Notes: generated from the sequence alone by a model not told the origin. A DNA stretch of 64,000 nucleotides from Desulfobacterales bacterium (GCA_040771865.1 JAXGZF010000003.1:310001-374000); one strand, 5' to 3'. Shown: positions 37,763 to 48,171, counted from the first letter of the stretch. Translations and numbers: made by a program.

Positions 37763-38041
37763 TCAGGACGCCTTGTCCGGCGGGGGATCAGGCTGCTTCG
37801 GAGTTTTTTCGGATGGGTCCGCATCCGCGGGGGCGGATTGAGACGCGGGATTTCTGGATCCGTTCTTTGCGTAATCCGTGATGTACCATCCGGCACCCTT
37901 TAAATGAAAGCTGCTGTGAGAAACCAGCTTTCGAAGCGGTCCGGAACATGACTGGCAGGTTTTAAGCGGGGCGTCGGAGATTTTCTGCAAAGCCTCTTGC
38001 ACGGCTCCGCATTTCGAGCAACGGTATTCGTAAATCGGCAT
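37763..38041 (-). CDS. FmdB-family zinc ribbon protein
   Basis: [11 protein letters not shown]...CxxC...[13 protein letters not shown]. Confidence 0.92.
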   Translation of the reverse strand: MPIYEYRCSKCGAVQEALQKISDAPLKTCQSCSGPLRKLVSHSSFHLKGAGWYITDYAKNGSRNPASQSAPADADPSEKTPKQPDPPPDKAS

Positions 38042-38141
38042 CTGCTGTATCCTCCTGTTTTGAAAAAATCGTGTTGGCGCTTAAAAAACCTGCACAAATA
38101 TAGTGAGCGAATTCAGGTTGTCAAGGATCGGAATAAAAAAA

Positions 38142-38678
38142 TCATGAACTGGTCATTCCGTCAAGAGGCTGATGCCAGTGCCGGTAAAAACCGAATACTT
38201 CGAGCAGCCCTTCCATGCGTATGTCTCGAAGAATTTCATAGGTTTTCCGGTGCACTCTGGTTTCCTCGGCCATTTTTTCCTCAAAGGAGGCGTTGAAATT
38301 CTGCAGAAACCGGTTGAACCGGACGAGGTGAATCAGTTCGTGGGTGATGATGTACAGCATAAACGGAAACAGCTCCAGGGCCGGGGCCTGTCGAACGGCC
38401 GCCAGAATGGCATGGTCCTGCAGGCATATCTTGTAGAAATCATAGGCTGATGAGCCCAGAGAAGCGTCCGGGCGCTGCCCCTCGTACCGGATGACCTGGG
38501 CGAAAGGGCCCTGAACGATTTCCTCAGGGGCAAGATCGCAGAGGGTTTTGATGTCGTATCGGAGTCGAACCCACTGGCTGGTCGTCATCTTGTAGGCGTT
38601 GTTGACGAGCTCCTCCGCCATGACAACGGCGTTGTTGACGATCTGAATCTCCTGGGGGCTGAAGGTTTTCAACTGCAT
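38142..38678 (-). CDS. Hypothetical protein with HExxH motif
   Basis: YIITHELIHLVRF plus downstream EE; start chosen at MQLKTF. Confidence 0.7.
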   Translation of the reverse strand: MQLKTFSPQEIQIVNNAVVMAEELVNNAYKMTTSQWVRLRYDIKTLCDLAPEEIVQGPFAQVIRYEGQRPDASLGSSAYDFYKICLQDHAILAAVRQAPALELFPFMLYIITHELIHLVRFNRFLQNFNASFEEKMAEETRVHRKTYEILRDIRMEGLLEVFGFYRHWHQPLDGMTSS

Positions 38679-38954
38679 GCGTTTATTTTGATGGTGTTCC
38701 GTTTGTTGATCCGATCCACCGCATCCGGCTGGATCGGATTTTCCGACTTCTGGCTGCGGTAAATTAACACAAGATATCCGGGGCTTCAACCCTTTTGGAT
38801 CAACACGGCATGCGGCGCCAGTCCGGCAAATGCGGCGCTGAAGTCCAACCGAATTTCACGTGTCGTCAAAAGAAAAAAATATGGACAAAGCGTCTCAAAA
38901 GATGGTAGAAGATGCCCTGTATCAGACTGAAACTATTGAATGGGAGGTGATCCG

Positions 38955-39053
38955 TTGGGCAGCGTCATTAAGAAACGAAGAAAAAAGATGAGCAAGCACA
39001 AGCACAGAAAGCTTCTGGCACGGACCAGACATCAGAGAAGAAAAGGCAAATAG
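38955..39053 (+). CDS. 30S ribosomal protein bS22 / AURKAIP1-COX24 domain protein (32 aa)
   Basis: RBS GGAGGTGA, TTG start, [32 protein letters not shown]; below ORF-track cutoff. Confidence 0.93.
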   Translation: MGSVIKKRRKKMSKHKHRKLLARTRHQRRKGK

Positions 39054-39137
39054 GCGCCGGCTTTCTCTTTTCCATATGAACCAGACATCAGAGAAGAAGG
39101 GGCGGAATGCCGCCCTTCTTCTCTTTCCCATATATGG
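39024..39137. repeat. Degenerate 56-bp tandem duplication of bS22 3' end
   Basis: ACCAGACATCAGAGAAGAA at 39024 and 39080; both units end in TCTCTTT(T/C)CCATAT. Confidence 0.8.
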
Positions 39138-39141
39138 AAGC

Positions 39142-39176
39142 AAAAAGCATCCAGTCCCTTCGGGCTGGATGCTTTT
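39142..39176. terminator. Bidirectional terminator between bS22 and hflC
   Basis: AAAAAGCATCCAGTCC-cttc-GGGCTGGATGCTTTT. Confidence 0.85.
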
Positions 39177-39183
39177 CCGCTTT

Positions 39184-40131
39184 TCAGGGCCTGGAGTAGC
39201 CCTTCAGATATTTAAGAAAATCCGAATCCGTGGACAAAATCAGGGTGCTTTTTTTATCCAGCGTTTCCCGGTAAAGATCCAGGGTTTTGGTAAAACTGAA
39301 AAATTCAGGGTCAATGCCATAGGCCTTTGCATAAATCTCGGTGGCTTCCGCATCGGCCTTTCCCTTGATTTCCTGAGCGGCCTTGTAAGCCTGCGAGGTG
39401 ATCCGCTGCAGATCCCGTTCCTTTTCCCCGAGAATTTTCCGCGCCTCTCCCTGGCCCTCGGACCGGAACTTCTCCGCGATCTGTTTGCGCTCGGCAATCA
39501 TGCGGCCGTAAACGGATTCCCGGACTTCCTGAACGTAATTGATGCGTTTGATTTTGACATCGACCAGTTCGATGCCGAATTTCTCCAGTTTCGGCTGAGC
39601 CTGCTTGAGAATGCCTTCGATGATCTTTTCCCGGCCGGTCGTGATCGTGTAAGCGCCGGCCTGTTCTTTTTTGTCGGCGTCTTCCATGCCGATTTCAAGG
39701 GTGTCCAGCTCGCGGTTGCTCAGCCGGACGGTCTCGATGAGCCGGTACGAGGTGATGAAGTTCCGCACGGCTGGATCGATGATGTCGTCCAGACGGTTCA
39801 GCCCGCTGCGGGTGTTGGCGACGGTCTGAAAGAATGTGACCGGATCGACGATCTTCCATCGGGCGAAAACGTCCACCCAGAGGTAGGTTTTATCCAGGGT
39901 GGGAATCTGGCCGGGCTCGCCGTTCCACAGCAGAAGATTTTTGGGGAAATAATTGGTGTGCTGAATCACCGGCAATTTGAAATAAAGTCCCGGCTCCTGC
40001 TTGGGCGACCCCACGACCCTGCCAAACTGAGTGACCACCACCTGCTCGGTTTCATCGACCACGTAGGCCGTGGAGTAACCCAGCGCAACGACGGCAATAA
40101 TCAACACGGCTAACCAGTTCTTGGCGTTCAT
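39184..40131 (-). CDS. hflC: FtsH protease modulator HflC
   Basis: TM plus SPFH domain, VYGRMIAER, DPEFFSFTKTL. Confidence 0.96.
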   Translation of the reverse strand: MNAKNWLAVLIIAVVALGYSTAYVVDETEQVVVTQFGRVVGSPKQEPGLYFKLPVIQHTNYFPKNLLLWNGEPGQIPTLDKTYLWVDVFARWKIVDPVTFFQTVANTRSGLNRLDDIIDPAVRNFITSYRLIETVRLSNRELDTLEIGMEDADKKEQAGAYTITTGREKIIEGILKQAQPKLEKFGIELVDVKIKRINYVQEVRESVYGRMIAERKQIAEKFRSEGQGEARKILGEKERDLQRITSQAYKAAQEIKGKADAEATEIYAKAYGIDPEFFSFTKTLDLYRETLDKKSTLILSTDSDFLKYLKGYSRP

Positions 40132-41156
40132 TTGACTTCACCGCCTTTCCCCCCGAGGTTGAGCAGTGGCAGAATATTCTTCTGATTTTCATCCAGAATG
40201 TATTTCTGCTCCAGTTTGGGGTAGATTTCCCTGAGCGTTTCCAGATAAAGTCGCCGCTTGGTGACGTCCTTGGCCTTGGCGTATTCGTTGTAAACCGCCG
40301 TGAACCGTGCGGCATCGCCCTTGGCGCGGTTGACTCTGTCCAGGGCATAGCCTTCGGCGGCCTTGATCGTTCTTTCAGCCTCGCCTTTTGCCTGGGGAAC
40401 CGCCTTGTTGTAGTCTTCCCTGGCCTGGTAGGTCAGTTTTTCCTTTTCCTGAACCGCCTGATTGACCTCGTTGAAGGAGGGCTGAACCGGACCGGGAACA
40501 TTGGTTCGCTTCATTTCAATGGTGACCACGTTGATTCCCGTTTCCGCTCTGTCCAGTTCATTCTGAAGCAGCAGCTGGGCTTTTTCGGCGATTTCCTCCC
40601 GCTTGCTGATGACCTCGTTGATGCTCCGGTCGCCTACCACCTGGCGCATGGCGGCTTCGGACATGTCCTTGAGAAGCCGGTCGACATCCTGAACCTTGAA
40701 AAGATAATTATAAGGATCCCGTATCCGGTACTGGACAATCCAGGGAACGACCGCGACGTTCAGATCCCCGGTCAGCATCAGGGATACGTTGGCGGCCTCG
40801 CTCTCGGGCAGATATGCACCCGTTCGCTCGGATACGGCGCCGAATTCTGCCTTTTCGACACGGCGGACCTTGACCTTGGTCAGTTTCTCGATCCCGGCCG
40901 GCAGCTTGAAATTCAGGCCCGGCTGCGTGGTTCTCACATATTTTCCGAACCGTTGAATGACGCCGACCTCGTCGACCCCGACGGTGTAGACGCTTGAAGA
41001 TCCAAAAAGCAGAAGCAGCACAATGATAATCAATATCGGCCCGCCCGGAATCTTGAAGTTTTTGAGGCTGTTCAGGACCTGATCCATTCCAGGCGGTCCG
41101 GTGCGCGGGCTGCTTTGCTGTTGCTGCTCCTTGAGCTTGTCCCAGTCCCAAGACAT
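40128..41156 (-). CDS. hflK: FtsH protease modulator HflK
   Basis: MLTGDLN, VQPSFNEV, AKGEA, VTKRRLYLET. Confidence 0.96.
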   Translation of the reverse strand: MSWDWDKLKEQQQQSSPRTGPPGMDQVLNSLKNFKIPGGPILIIIVLLLLFGSSSVYTVGVDEVGVIQRFGKYVRTTQPGLNFKLPAGIEKLTKVKVRRVEKAEFGAVSERTGAYLPESEAANVSLMLTGDLNVAVVPWIVQYRIRDPYNYLFKVQDVDRLLKDMSEAAMRQVVGDRSINEVISKREEIAEKAQLLLQNELDRAETGINVVTIEMKRTNVPGPVQPSFNEVNQAVQEKEKLTYQAREDYNKAVPQAKGEAERTIKAAEGYALDRVNRAKGDAARFTAVYNEYAKAKDVTKRRLYLETLREIYPKLEQKYILDENQKNILPLLNLGGKGGEVK

Positions 41157-41200
41157 ATGTAACGCCCTTTCTGTTGTATGATTTAATTATTTGAAATTAT

Positions 41201-41404
41201 TTATTTAAAAATGCTCACATCCACAAGGTGCAGGCGCTTGAAAAACCAGATGAACAGGACCAGAATCAACACGGCGATCCATATTGACCTGCCCGAAGAT
41301 ATTAATCTGCTAAGGCCCTTTTGCAATCGACCCTGTTTCGGTGAGCCAGGGTATCGAACGGCCTGCGGTTGCTGATTTTCGGGATTGTCCCAGTCCCAGG
41401 ACAT
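41201..41404 (-). pseudogene. Degenerate duplicate of hflK 5' end (67-aa ORF)
   Basis: Starts MSWDWD like HflK; TTGTCCCAGTCCCA repeated 248 bp apart; after its TM it reads FKRLH, the shifted frame of hflK SSVYT. Confidence 0.7.
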
Positions 41405-41698
41405 TTCTTATCCTTTTGCACCACGCTGTTTAACTATTCGGAATAATTATATTAAACATATTTTATCAGAAGTTGACAGGCCATGATAACGAATGCGGCC
41501 CAAAACGTCAAGGAAGAGGAAGCCGCATTTCAGGACGGTTGTACCGAAAAAATTCTTGTGCAAATCGGGCAAACTGTTGCCGAAGCATCGGCGGTCCGCA
41601 GATCGCGGAGCATTTGTTTTTTTCTTCTTTAAATCGATTTGAAGAAGTGAAATACTGCTTTATGTGTTTCAATCTTTTTGCCGTCGGGGATATCCACC

Positions 41699-42004
41699 AT
41701 GGGGGATGATTCAAGAGATTTTGTCCATATCGGGCAGGTGCTCAAAACGGTGCTCGGGAACTTCAGGTCCGCGGATATGCAGCTGTCCGGAGTCTGGAAG
41801 ATCTGGGATCAGACGGTCGGGCCGGCGATCGCGGAAAACGCCCGGCCCCTGGCTTTCAAACAGAAACTGCTTCTGGTGCAGGTTTCCAGTCCGGTCTGGA
41901 TTCAGCAGCTCCGGTTTCTGAAGACGGATCTGATCGCAAAACTCAACCAGGCACTGGGAGAGGCGTGCATCGAGGACATCAAATTCAAGGTTGGCGGTTT
42001 TTAA
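41699..42004 (+). CDS. DUF721/DciA family protein
   Basis: WDQTVGPAIAENARP, LLVQVSSPVWIQQLRFLK. Confidence 0.88.
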   Translation: MGDDSRDFVHIGQVLKTVLGNFRSADMQLSGVWKIWDQTVGPAIAENARPLAFKQKLLLVQVSSPVWIQQLRFLKTDLIAKLNQALGEACIEDIKFKVGGF

Positions 42005-42005
42005 T

Positions 42006-42731
42006 ATGAGCGCCGCGTTTACCCAGGATGCCTTTTTCCAGGGGCGGATTCAGGTCCGGCAGTATCGGGCCGGCTACCGGTTTTCCATTGATTCGGTGAT
42101 TCTGGCCCATCTGGTGGATCCCCGAGGGGCAAAACGCATTGTGGATCTGGGCGCCGGATGCGGCGTCATTGCCCTGCTGCTGACCTTCAGACATTCGGAC
42201 ATTCACGTGTTCTGCGTGGAAATTCAGGCCGATCTGGCGGAGCTGGCGCGGCTGAACGCGGCGGCAAATCATCTGGATAACCGGATCACGATATTCTGTC
42301 AGGACCTGAAAACCCTGACCCAGGGAAAGACCGGCGGACCCGTGGATATGGTGGTGTGCAATCCGCCCTATCACAGACCCGCTTCGGGCCGTGTCAATCC
42401 GGATAACCAGCGGGCGATCGCCAGACATGAGATCAGCGCCGATCTGGGGGATGTGCTGGATGCGGCCCGGCGGATCCTGATGACCGCCGGAAGACTGGAT
42501 CTGATTTATCCGGCCGAAAGGCTGACCGACGTTTTGAGCCTGATGCGTCAGAAAGGGATTGAGCCCAAGCTGATGCGCATGATTCATTCCCGGAAAAACG
42601 AGGCGGCCGTAATGGTCTGGGTGGAGGGCGTTCAGAACGCACGGCCGGGCATCCGTATTCTGGCGCCGATGACGCTTTACCGGGAGGAGGGGGGCTATAC
42701 GGACGAGGCGGCCCGCATGTTCTCACCCTGA
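42006..42731 (+). CDS. tRNA1(Val) A37 N6-methyltransferase (TrmN6/YfiC family)
   Basis: GYRFSIDSV, DLGAGCG, NPPY, IARHE. Confidence 0.9.
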   Translation: MSAAFTQDAFFQGRIQVRQYRAGYRFSIDSVILAHLVDPRGAKRIVDLGAGCGVIALLLTFRHSDIHVFCVEIQADLAELARLNAAANHLDNRITIFCQDLKTLTQGKTGGPVDMVVCNPPYHRPASGRVNPDNQRAIARHEISADLGDVLDAARRILMTAGRLDLIYPAERLTDVLSLMRQKGIEPKLMRMIHSRKNEAAVMVWVEGVQNARPGIRILAPMTLYREEGGYTDEAARMFSP

Positions 42732-42773
42732 ATGAAAAACTTCGCTCAAGGCCGCCGTGCGGCGTTGCTGAAT

Positions 42774-44105
42774 TTACATCCGCTTCAGGGGATGGATCAC
42801 CAGGCCCGATATCGCCTTGGGATAAAAATAGGTTGATTTCCGCGGCATGGTCAGGCCCTCCATGGCGATCTGCTGAACCTGTTCAATGCGCGTGGGGTTG
42901 AGCAGAAAGGCGGCATCGCAGCGGCCGTCGAGTACGCGCTGAATCGCATCGCTTCGGCTGCTGGTGTAGGAAATGCGTTCCGGATTGTCGAAATCCGCCG
43001 GGGTCAGGCCCAGAATGTTTTCAAAAAACAGCCGGCTGAGGATCATCACGTCCAGGTTTCTGAGGGCCTCGGGCACGGACGGCTCAAAGATTGTTTCGAT
43101 GATCCGCGGTTTCAGGCGCAGCGCGTAAAATACATTCGATGACCGGATACATATTCCCACCGCATGTTCCCTGCCGTGAATCCGCATTTCCCGCTCCAGC
43201 TGCCTTTCGGCTTTTCCGGCGTCGTTCCCTTCCAGGGCAATCGGGACGATGTCGCAATATTTTTCGGCCCCGGATATCAGGGCGTTTTTCTGGATTTCAT
43301 TCATTCCGGAAAGCAGGCGGTGGGTGGGCAGAATGCGCAATCCCGGATCCTGCATGCTGCAAAGATACATCATGATATAGTTGGCCGGATGATCGGCCGA
43401 AAAGGTTGAATCGGTCCGCGCGGACCAGCTCTGGTAGTTCAGCGCGGTTTCATAGCGGTGATGGCCGTCGGCGATAAACAGCCTTCTGGGCTGCATGGCG
43501 GTTTCGATCCATTGGTGCATGGACGGATCGGTGATGCGCCACAGGCGGTGGCGCTGGTTCTGATCGTCCATGATGTTGATGTCCGGAGTCGCATTTCCGG
43601 CCTGTTCCGCCAGTTTTGCCTGAATGCCGTCTTCATCCGGATACAGGGCGAAAACCGGACTGAAATTGGCATGACAGTGTTTCATCAGCTCAAGGCGTTC
43701 GGATTTGATTCCGGAAAAGGTTTTTTCATGGGGAAGCACGATCTTCTTTTCAAACGGCGCCAGGGCCACCCGGGCGATCAGACCGAGGCGGATGGCCGGC
43801 TTATCTTCAACAACAAAGTCCGTTGCCGTGAGGTAAAGCGCCGTTTTTTCATCCTGCTTGAGAATCTCCGACGCCAGCCAGCTCTGATAGTATTCCGCGG
43901 CGCGGGTATGTGAATTCTGCGTCGAGGCGTCGGTTTCGAATTTTTTCCCCAGAATCAGGCGCACCATGCTGTTCGGATGTCGCTGGTAATACGCCGACTG
44001 GGCCTGAGGCGAGATCACATCATAGGGCGGGGTGACGACGTCGGCCAGAGATTGAATCTTTTCGGGATTGTAGAGAATTCCCCTGAATGGAACCACGGTA
44101 GCCAT
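42774..44105 (-). CDS. DUF1015 family protein
   Basis: PPYDVIS, PHEKT, IADGHHRYET, MPRKSTYFYPK. Confidence 0.93.
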   Translation of the reverse strand: MATVVPFRGILYNPEKIQSLADVVTPPYDVISPQAQSAYYQRHPNSMVRLILGKKFETDASTQNSHTRAAEYYQSWLASEILKQDEKTALYLTATDFVVEDKPAIRLGLIARVALAPFEKKIVLPHEKTFSGIKSERLELMKHCHANFSPVFALYPDEDGIQAKLAEQAGNATPDINIMDDQNQRHRLWRITDPSMHQWIETAMQPRRLFIADGHHRYETALNYQSWSARTDSTFSADHPANYIMMYLCSMQDPGLRILPTHRLLSGMNEIQKNALISGAEKYCDIVPIALEGNDAGKAERQLEREMRIHGREHAVGICIRSSNVFYALRLKPRIIETIFEPSVPEALRNLDVMILSRLFFENILGLTPADFDNPERISYTSSRSDAIQRVLDGRCDAAFLLNPTRIEQVQQIAMEGLTMPRKSTYFYPKAISGLVIHPLKRM

Positions 44106-44317
44106 GCATTTAACTCCTTGATTGAGCCGTCCTCAGAAACGCCATCTGTGGAGAAGCGTTCAGGCAAGTTGCCACCATTACTAGAAACCGGATGGATATT
44201 CAAGATAAAATCTCGAATTCTTCGAACCTGTTTTTCAGAAGAAGGCGAATAGATCATTGACAGGAAACCCCAAACAGGATAAGAGAGTTAACCTGCCAAG
44301 GGGAACGTGAGGACGCT

Positions 44318-44410
44318 GGAGAGGTGGCCGAGCGGCTGAAGGCCCCGCTCTCGAAAAGCGGTATCCTGTCAAAAACGGGATCGTGGGTTCGAATCCCACC
44401 CTCTCCGCCA
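44318..44410 (+). tRNA. tRNA-Ser(CGA)
   Basis: GGAGAGG...CCTCTCC-GCCA, anticodon arm CCGCT-CTCGAAA-AGCGG, long variable arm. Confidence 0.97.
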
Positions 44411-44484
44411 TGGCGCTGCGGGCGAATTGCGGATGCTTGAGCGCCGCCTTGCATAGTAAACCTTGAGAGTCGATCAGATGATGC

Positions 44485-44578
44485 GGAGAGATGTCCGAGC
44501 TGGCTGAAGGAGCACGATTGGAAATCGTGTGTGCTGCCAAAAGCGGTACCGAGGGTTCGAATCCCTCTCTCTCCGCCA
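44485..44578 (+). tRNA. tRNA-Ser(GGA)
   Basis: GGAGAGA...TCTCTCC-GCCA, anticodon arm CACGA-TTGGAAA-TCGTG, long variable arm. Confidence 0.97.
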
Positions 44579-44702
44579 TGCATCGACTCAAGCGGTCCCC
44601 TTTTCCGCCCCCATCTACAGCTCCAGCCATTACGGAAAATTCAGGAAGGCGGGGATGCTTTTATCCGCGCCGGCGAAGTATTTAATCAGGAATTCATTTT
44701 TT

Positions 44703-46340
44703 ATGTCTTATCTTGTTCTTGCTCGGAAATACAGGCCCCAGGGCTTTGAGGACGTCGTTGAACAGGAGCATGTGACCCGCACCCTGAGCAATGCCATTGC
44801 CATGGGGCGGGTGGCCCACGCCATCCTGTTTTCCGGACCCCGCGGCACGGGAAAGACCACGGTGGCCCGCATTCTGGCAAAGGCCATGAACTGCGAGAAG
44901 GGTCCCGCGGCCGAACCGTGCAACCAGTGCCGATCCTGCCTTGAGATTGCCTCGGGAAATGCGGTCGATGTTTTTGAGATCGACGGCGCTTCAAACAACA
45001 GCGTGGACCAGATTCGGGATCTGAGGGAAAACGTCAAATACATGCCGGCGCACAGCCGCTACAAGATCTATATCATCGACGAGGTTCACATGCTGAGTCT
45101 GGCCGCCTTCAATGCGCTGCTCAAGACTCTGGAAGAACCCCCGGCCCATGTCCTGTTCATGTTTGCCACAACCGAGCCCAACAAGATTCCGGTCACCATC
45201 CTTTCACGCTGTCAGCGCCATGAGTTTCGCAGAATCGATCTGGAGTCCATCTCCCGGCATATGGGAAAGCTCTGTGAGCGAGAGGGAATTCGAATTGCGC
45301 CGGAAAGCCTCGCCCTGATCTCCCGGGAGGCGGGCGGAAGCATGCGCGATGCCCTGAGCCTTCTGGATCAGGTGGCCAGCTGCTGCCGGCAGGATGTCGC
45401 CTATGAACAGGTCCTGGATGTCCTCGGGGTCGTGGACCGGAAACTGATTTTCGACACGGCTGCCGGCCTGCTGGCCGGCGATGTTCCCGGGCTCTTGAAC
45501 ATCATAGACGATGTCTACCAGCGCGGCCACGACATGAAGCGCTATTTTGCCGATGTCGTCGAACATTTCAGGAATCTGACGGTGGTCAGAATCGGGCAGA
45601 ATGTTCAGCGGCTGGTGGATGTTTCCAGAATGGAACTCGATGTCCTGGCAGAGCAGGCCCGGAGTTTTTCAGCAGCCTCCCTGAGCCAGATCTTCGAACT
45701 GCTCTTCAGAGAAACGGCCGCCGTCAAGCTTTCCGCGCAGCCCAGGCTGGCCGTGGAAGTGGCCTTCATGCGAATTGCGCCCTTGCGGCCCGTGCTTCCC
45801 ATCGAGACATTGATCGAAAAGCTTGACAAGCTTCAACAAAACATTTCCGGAAATCCAAACCGGTTTCGAGGCGGCCCGCCTTCCGATTCCGGCCGTCCCG
45901 AGGGGGATGCCGGTTGCGGCGACGAAACGGCGGTTCAAAGCCATGCGCCGGTCGGAAGCGAACCCGTGAACGGAGAAAAGGGCTGGAATCGGGTGGTGGA
46001 AGCCGTATCCAGACAAAATTCTTTTCTGGGCGCAAGTCTTCGCAAGGGCGTATTGAAACAATTCGAGGGGGATCGGATTGAGCTGGAGATATCCGGCAAC
46101 GGGTTTACCGAAAATACGATTCGGCGGGAACAGAACCGGAAGATTATTCTGCAAACCTGCCGGGAGGTGTTCGACCGGCCGATTGAATTCGAGTTGATAT
46201 CCGTCGGTCCGGCGCCGAATGAGGAGGTCCGGCAAAAGGAAGAGGAGAACCGGTTGCGGCAGGAAGCGCTGCATCATCCGCTGCTGAAGGATGTGAAGGA
46301 AATCTTTAACGGTAATGTCATTGAAGTCAAGTTATTATAG
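44703..46340 (+). CDS. dnaX: DNA polymerase III subunit gamma/tau
   Basis: [30 protein letters not shown]. Confidence 0.98.
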   Translation: MSYLVLARKYRPQGFEDVVEQEHVTRTLSNAIAMGRVAHAILFSGPRGTGKTTVARILAKAMNCEKGPAAEPCNQCRSCLEIASGNAVDVFEIDGASNNSVDQIRDLRENVKYMPAHSRYKIYIIDEVHMLSLAAFNALLKTLEEPPAHVLFMFATTEPNKIPVTILSRCQRHEFRRIDLESISRHMGKLCEREGIRIAPESLALISREAGGSMRDALSLLDQVASCCRQDVAYEQVLDVLGVVDRKLIFDTAAGLLAGDVPGLLNIIDDVYQRGHDMKRYFADVVEHFRNLTVVRIGQNVQRLVDVSRMELDVLAEQARSFSAASLSQIFELLFRETAAVKLSAQPRLAVEVAFMRIAPLRPVLPIETLIEKLDKLQQNISGNPNRFRGGPPSDSGRPEGDAGCGDETAVQSHAPVGSEPVNGEKGWNRVVEAVSRQNSFLGASLRKGVLKQFEGDRIELEISGNGFTENTIRREQNRKIILQTCREVFDRPIEFELISVGPAPNEEVRQKEEENRLRQEALHHPLLKDVKEIFNGNVIEVKLL

Positions 46341-46348
46341 GAGGAAAA

Positions 46349-46660
46349 ATGCGGGGAATGGGGAACATGCTCAAACAGGCCCAGAAGCTTCAGGAGAAAA
46401 TGCTCAAGCTTCAGGAGGAAATGTCCGAAAAAACCGTCGAAGCCTCTTCGGGCGGCGGCATGGTCCGGGCAACGGCCAACGGCCGCCAACAGATTACCGC
46501 TCTTGCGATCGAGAAGGAGGTCGTGGACCCCGAGGATGTGGAAATGCTTCAGGATCTGATCATCGCGGCCGTCAACGATGCCCTGAGCCGATCCCAGGAA
46601 ATGATGTCCGCTGAGATGAGCAAGCTGACGGGCGGCATGAATATTCCCGGTCTGATGTAA
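46349..46660 (+). CDS. ybaB: YbaB/EbfC nucleoid-associated protein
   Basis: [20 protein letters not shown]; between dnaX and recR. Confidence 0.96.
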   Translation: MRGMGNMLKQAQKLQEKMLKLQEEMSEKTVEASSGGGMVRATANGRQQITALAIEKEVVDPEDVEMLQDLIIAAVNDALSRSQEMMSAEMSKLTGGMNIPGLM

Positions 46661-46674
46661 GGGTTTTTTCAAAA

Positions 46675-47274
46675 ATGAATCATTATCCGGAATCGCTCTT
46701 AAACCTGATTCGAAATCTTTCCAGGCTTCCCGGAATCGGAGAGAAAACCGCCGAGCGGCTTGCCATGCATCTTCTGCGCGCACCCCGGCAGGAGGTCGAA
46801 GCGCTGGCCGTCAGCATATCGCAGCTGAGAGAGAAAATTCAGCTCTGCGCGGAGTGTTTCTCCCTCAGCGACGATCATCTGTGCCGCATCTGCCGGAATC
46901 CCGCCAGGGACCCGGGCGTCCTGTGCGTTGTGGAGCAGCCGGCCGATATGGTGGCCATAGAGAAATCCGGTTCCTTTTCCGGCCGCTATCATGTATTGCA
47001 GGGCGTTCTCTCGCCCATGGACGGCATCGGCCCGGATAACATTCGCATTCGGGAGCTGATGCAGCGCATCGAAAAGCAGCCTGTCAAAGAGGTGGTTCTG
47101 GCCACCAGCACGAGCACGGAAGGCGAGGCGACGGCCTTGTATCTGGCCGGTCTGCTGAAGGCGCATCCGGTTGCCGTTACGCGAATCGCCTCGGGGATTC
47201 CCATGGGCGGCGATCTGAAATACGTGGATCAGGTGACTTTGAAAAGAGCCATGGAAGCCCGCAGAAAACTTTAA
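46675..47274 (+). CDS. recR: Recombination mediator RecR
   Basis: LPGIGEKTAER, C4 zinc finger, TOPRIM EGEATA. Confidence 0.98.
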   Translation: MNHYPESLLNLIRNLSRLPGIGEKTAERLAMHLLRAPRQEVEALAVSISQLREKIQLCAECFSLSDDHLCRICRNPARDPGVLCVVEQPADMVAIEKSGSFSGRYHVLQGVLSPMDGIGPDNIRIRELMQRIEKQPVKEVVLATSTSTEGEATALYLAGLLKAHPVAVTRIASGIPMGGDLKYVDQVTLKRAMEARRKL

Positions 47275-47303
47275 CGCGACAGGAGGGGAAGAGCGAATCG
47301 GCG

Positions 47304-48089
47304 ATGATTGGAATTTTTGATTCGGGCATCGGCGGGCTGACGGTGGTGCGTGAGTTCATGCAGCACCTGCCGGGGTATGACATCATTTATTTCGGCGATA
47401 CGGCCCGCACCCCTTACGGGTCCAAAAGTCCCGAAACCGTGATGGAATACGCCCGCCAGAATACCGAATTTCTGCTCGAACACGGCGCCAGGATCATCGT
47501 GATGGCCTGCAACACCGCCTCGAGCGTGGCTACGGATGCGCTGGTGCAAGGTTACGACGTTCCGGTCTTCGAGGTCGTCACTCCGGCCGTGGAACTGGCC
47601 GTTCAGGCGACCCGATACGGACGCATCGGCGTGATCGGAACCCGGGCAACGATCAACAGCGGCATTTACGAAAAAAAAATACTTCAGCTCGCTCCGCAGG
47701 CCAAGGTCTATTCCAGGGCCTGTCCCCTGTTTGTTCCGCTGGTGGAGGAGGGATGGATTCGAAAGCCCGAAACCGCCATGATCGTGAAGAAGTACCTCTT
47801 TCCCCTGAAGGTGCGCAGAATCGACACCCTGATTCTGGGCTGCACCCACTACCCGCTGCTGAAGGAAATCATTCAGCGCAAGATCGGAAAACAGGTCCGG
47901 GTCATTGATTCCTCCGTGGCCATCACCCGGAAGGTCAGGGAGTTTCTGGACCGGCATTCCGAACTGGACAGAACCCTTTCCCGGAAACGGGTCCAGCGGT
48001 TTTTTGTTTCCGACGTGACCCCTCAGTTTGAAAAGACCGCCAATGAGCTCCTGAACACGCGGATTCAGCTGGAGTTGATTCGGCAATAA
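47304..48089 (+). CDS. murI: Glutamate racemase
   Basis: FDSGIGGL, ACNTAS, LGCTHYP. Confidence 0.98.
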   Translation: MIGIFDSGIGGLTVVREFMQHLPGYDIIYFGDTARTPYGSKSPETVMEYARQNTEFLLEHGARIIVMACNTASSVATDALVQGYDVPVFEVVTPAVELAVQATRYGRIGVIGTRATINSGIYEKKILQLAPQAKVYSRACPLFVPLVEEGWIRKPETAMIVKKYLFPLKVRRIDTLILGCTHYPLLKEIIQRKIGKQVRVIDSSVAITRKVREFLDRHSELDRTLSRKRVQRFFVSDVTPQFEKTANELLNTRIQLELIRQ

Positions 48090-48135
48090 ACAACTCGTCG
48101 GGCGTTCGCCTGAAAATCCGGAATTTGATTCAAAT

Positions 48136-48171
48136 AAAAAAGGCGGCCTGAGCATTCAGGCCGCCTTTTTT
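48136..48171. terminator. Bidirectional terminator murI / sdhB
   Basis: AAAAAAGGCGGCCTGA-gcat-TCAGGCCGCCTTTTTT. Confidence 0.9.

Noticed and set aside
44235..44685. ORFs overlapping the tRNA-Ser pair, including the 44529 extension of dnaX
   Set aside because: Region is tRNA; dnaX begins at the conserved [12 protein letters not shown] (44703).
44579..44702. Integrated element at the tRNA-Ser 3' ends
   Set aside because: No integrase and no duplicated tRNA 3' end seen in the window.
45800..45960. dnaX programmed -1 frameshift
   Set aside because: No A AAA AAG-type slippery site seen in the linker region.
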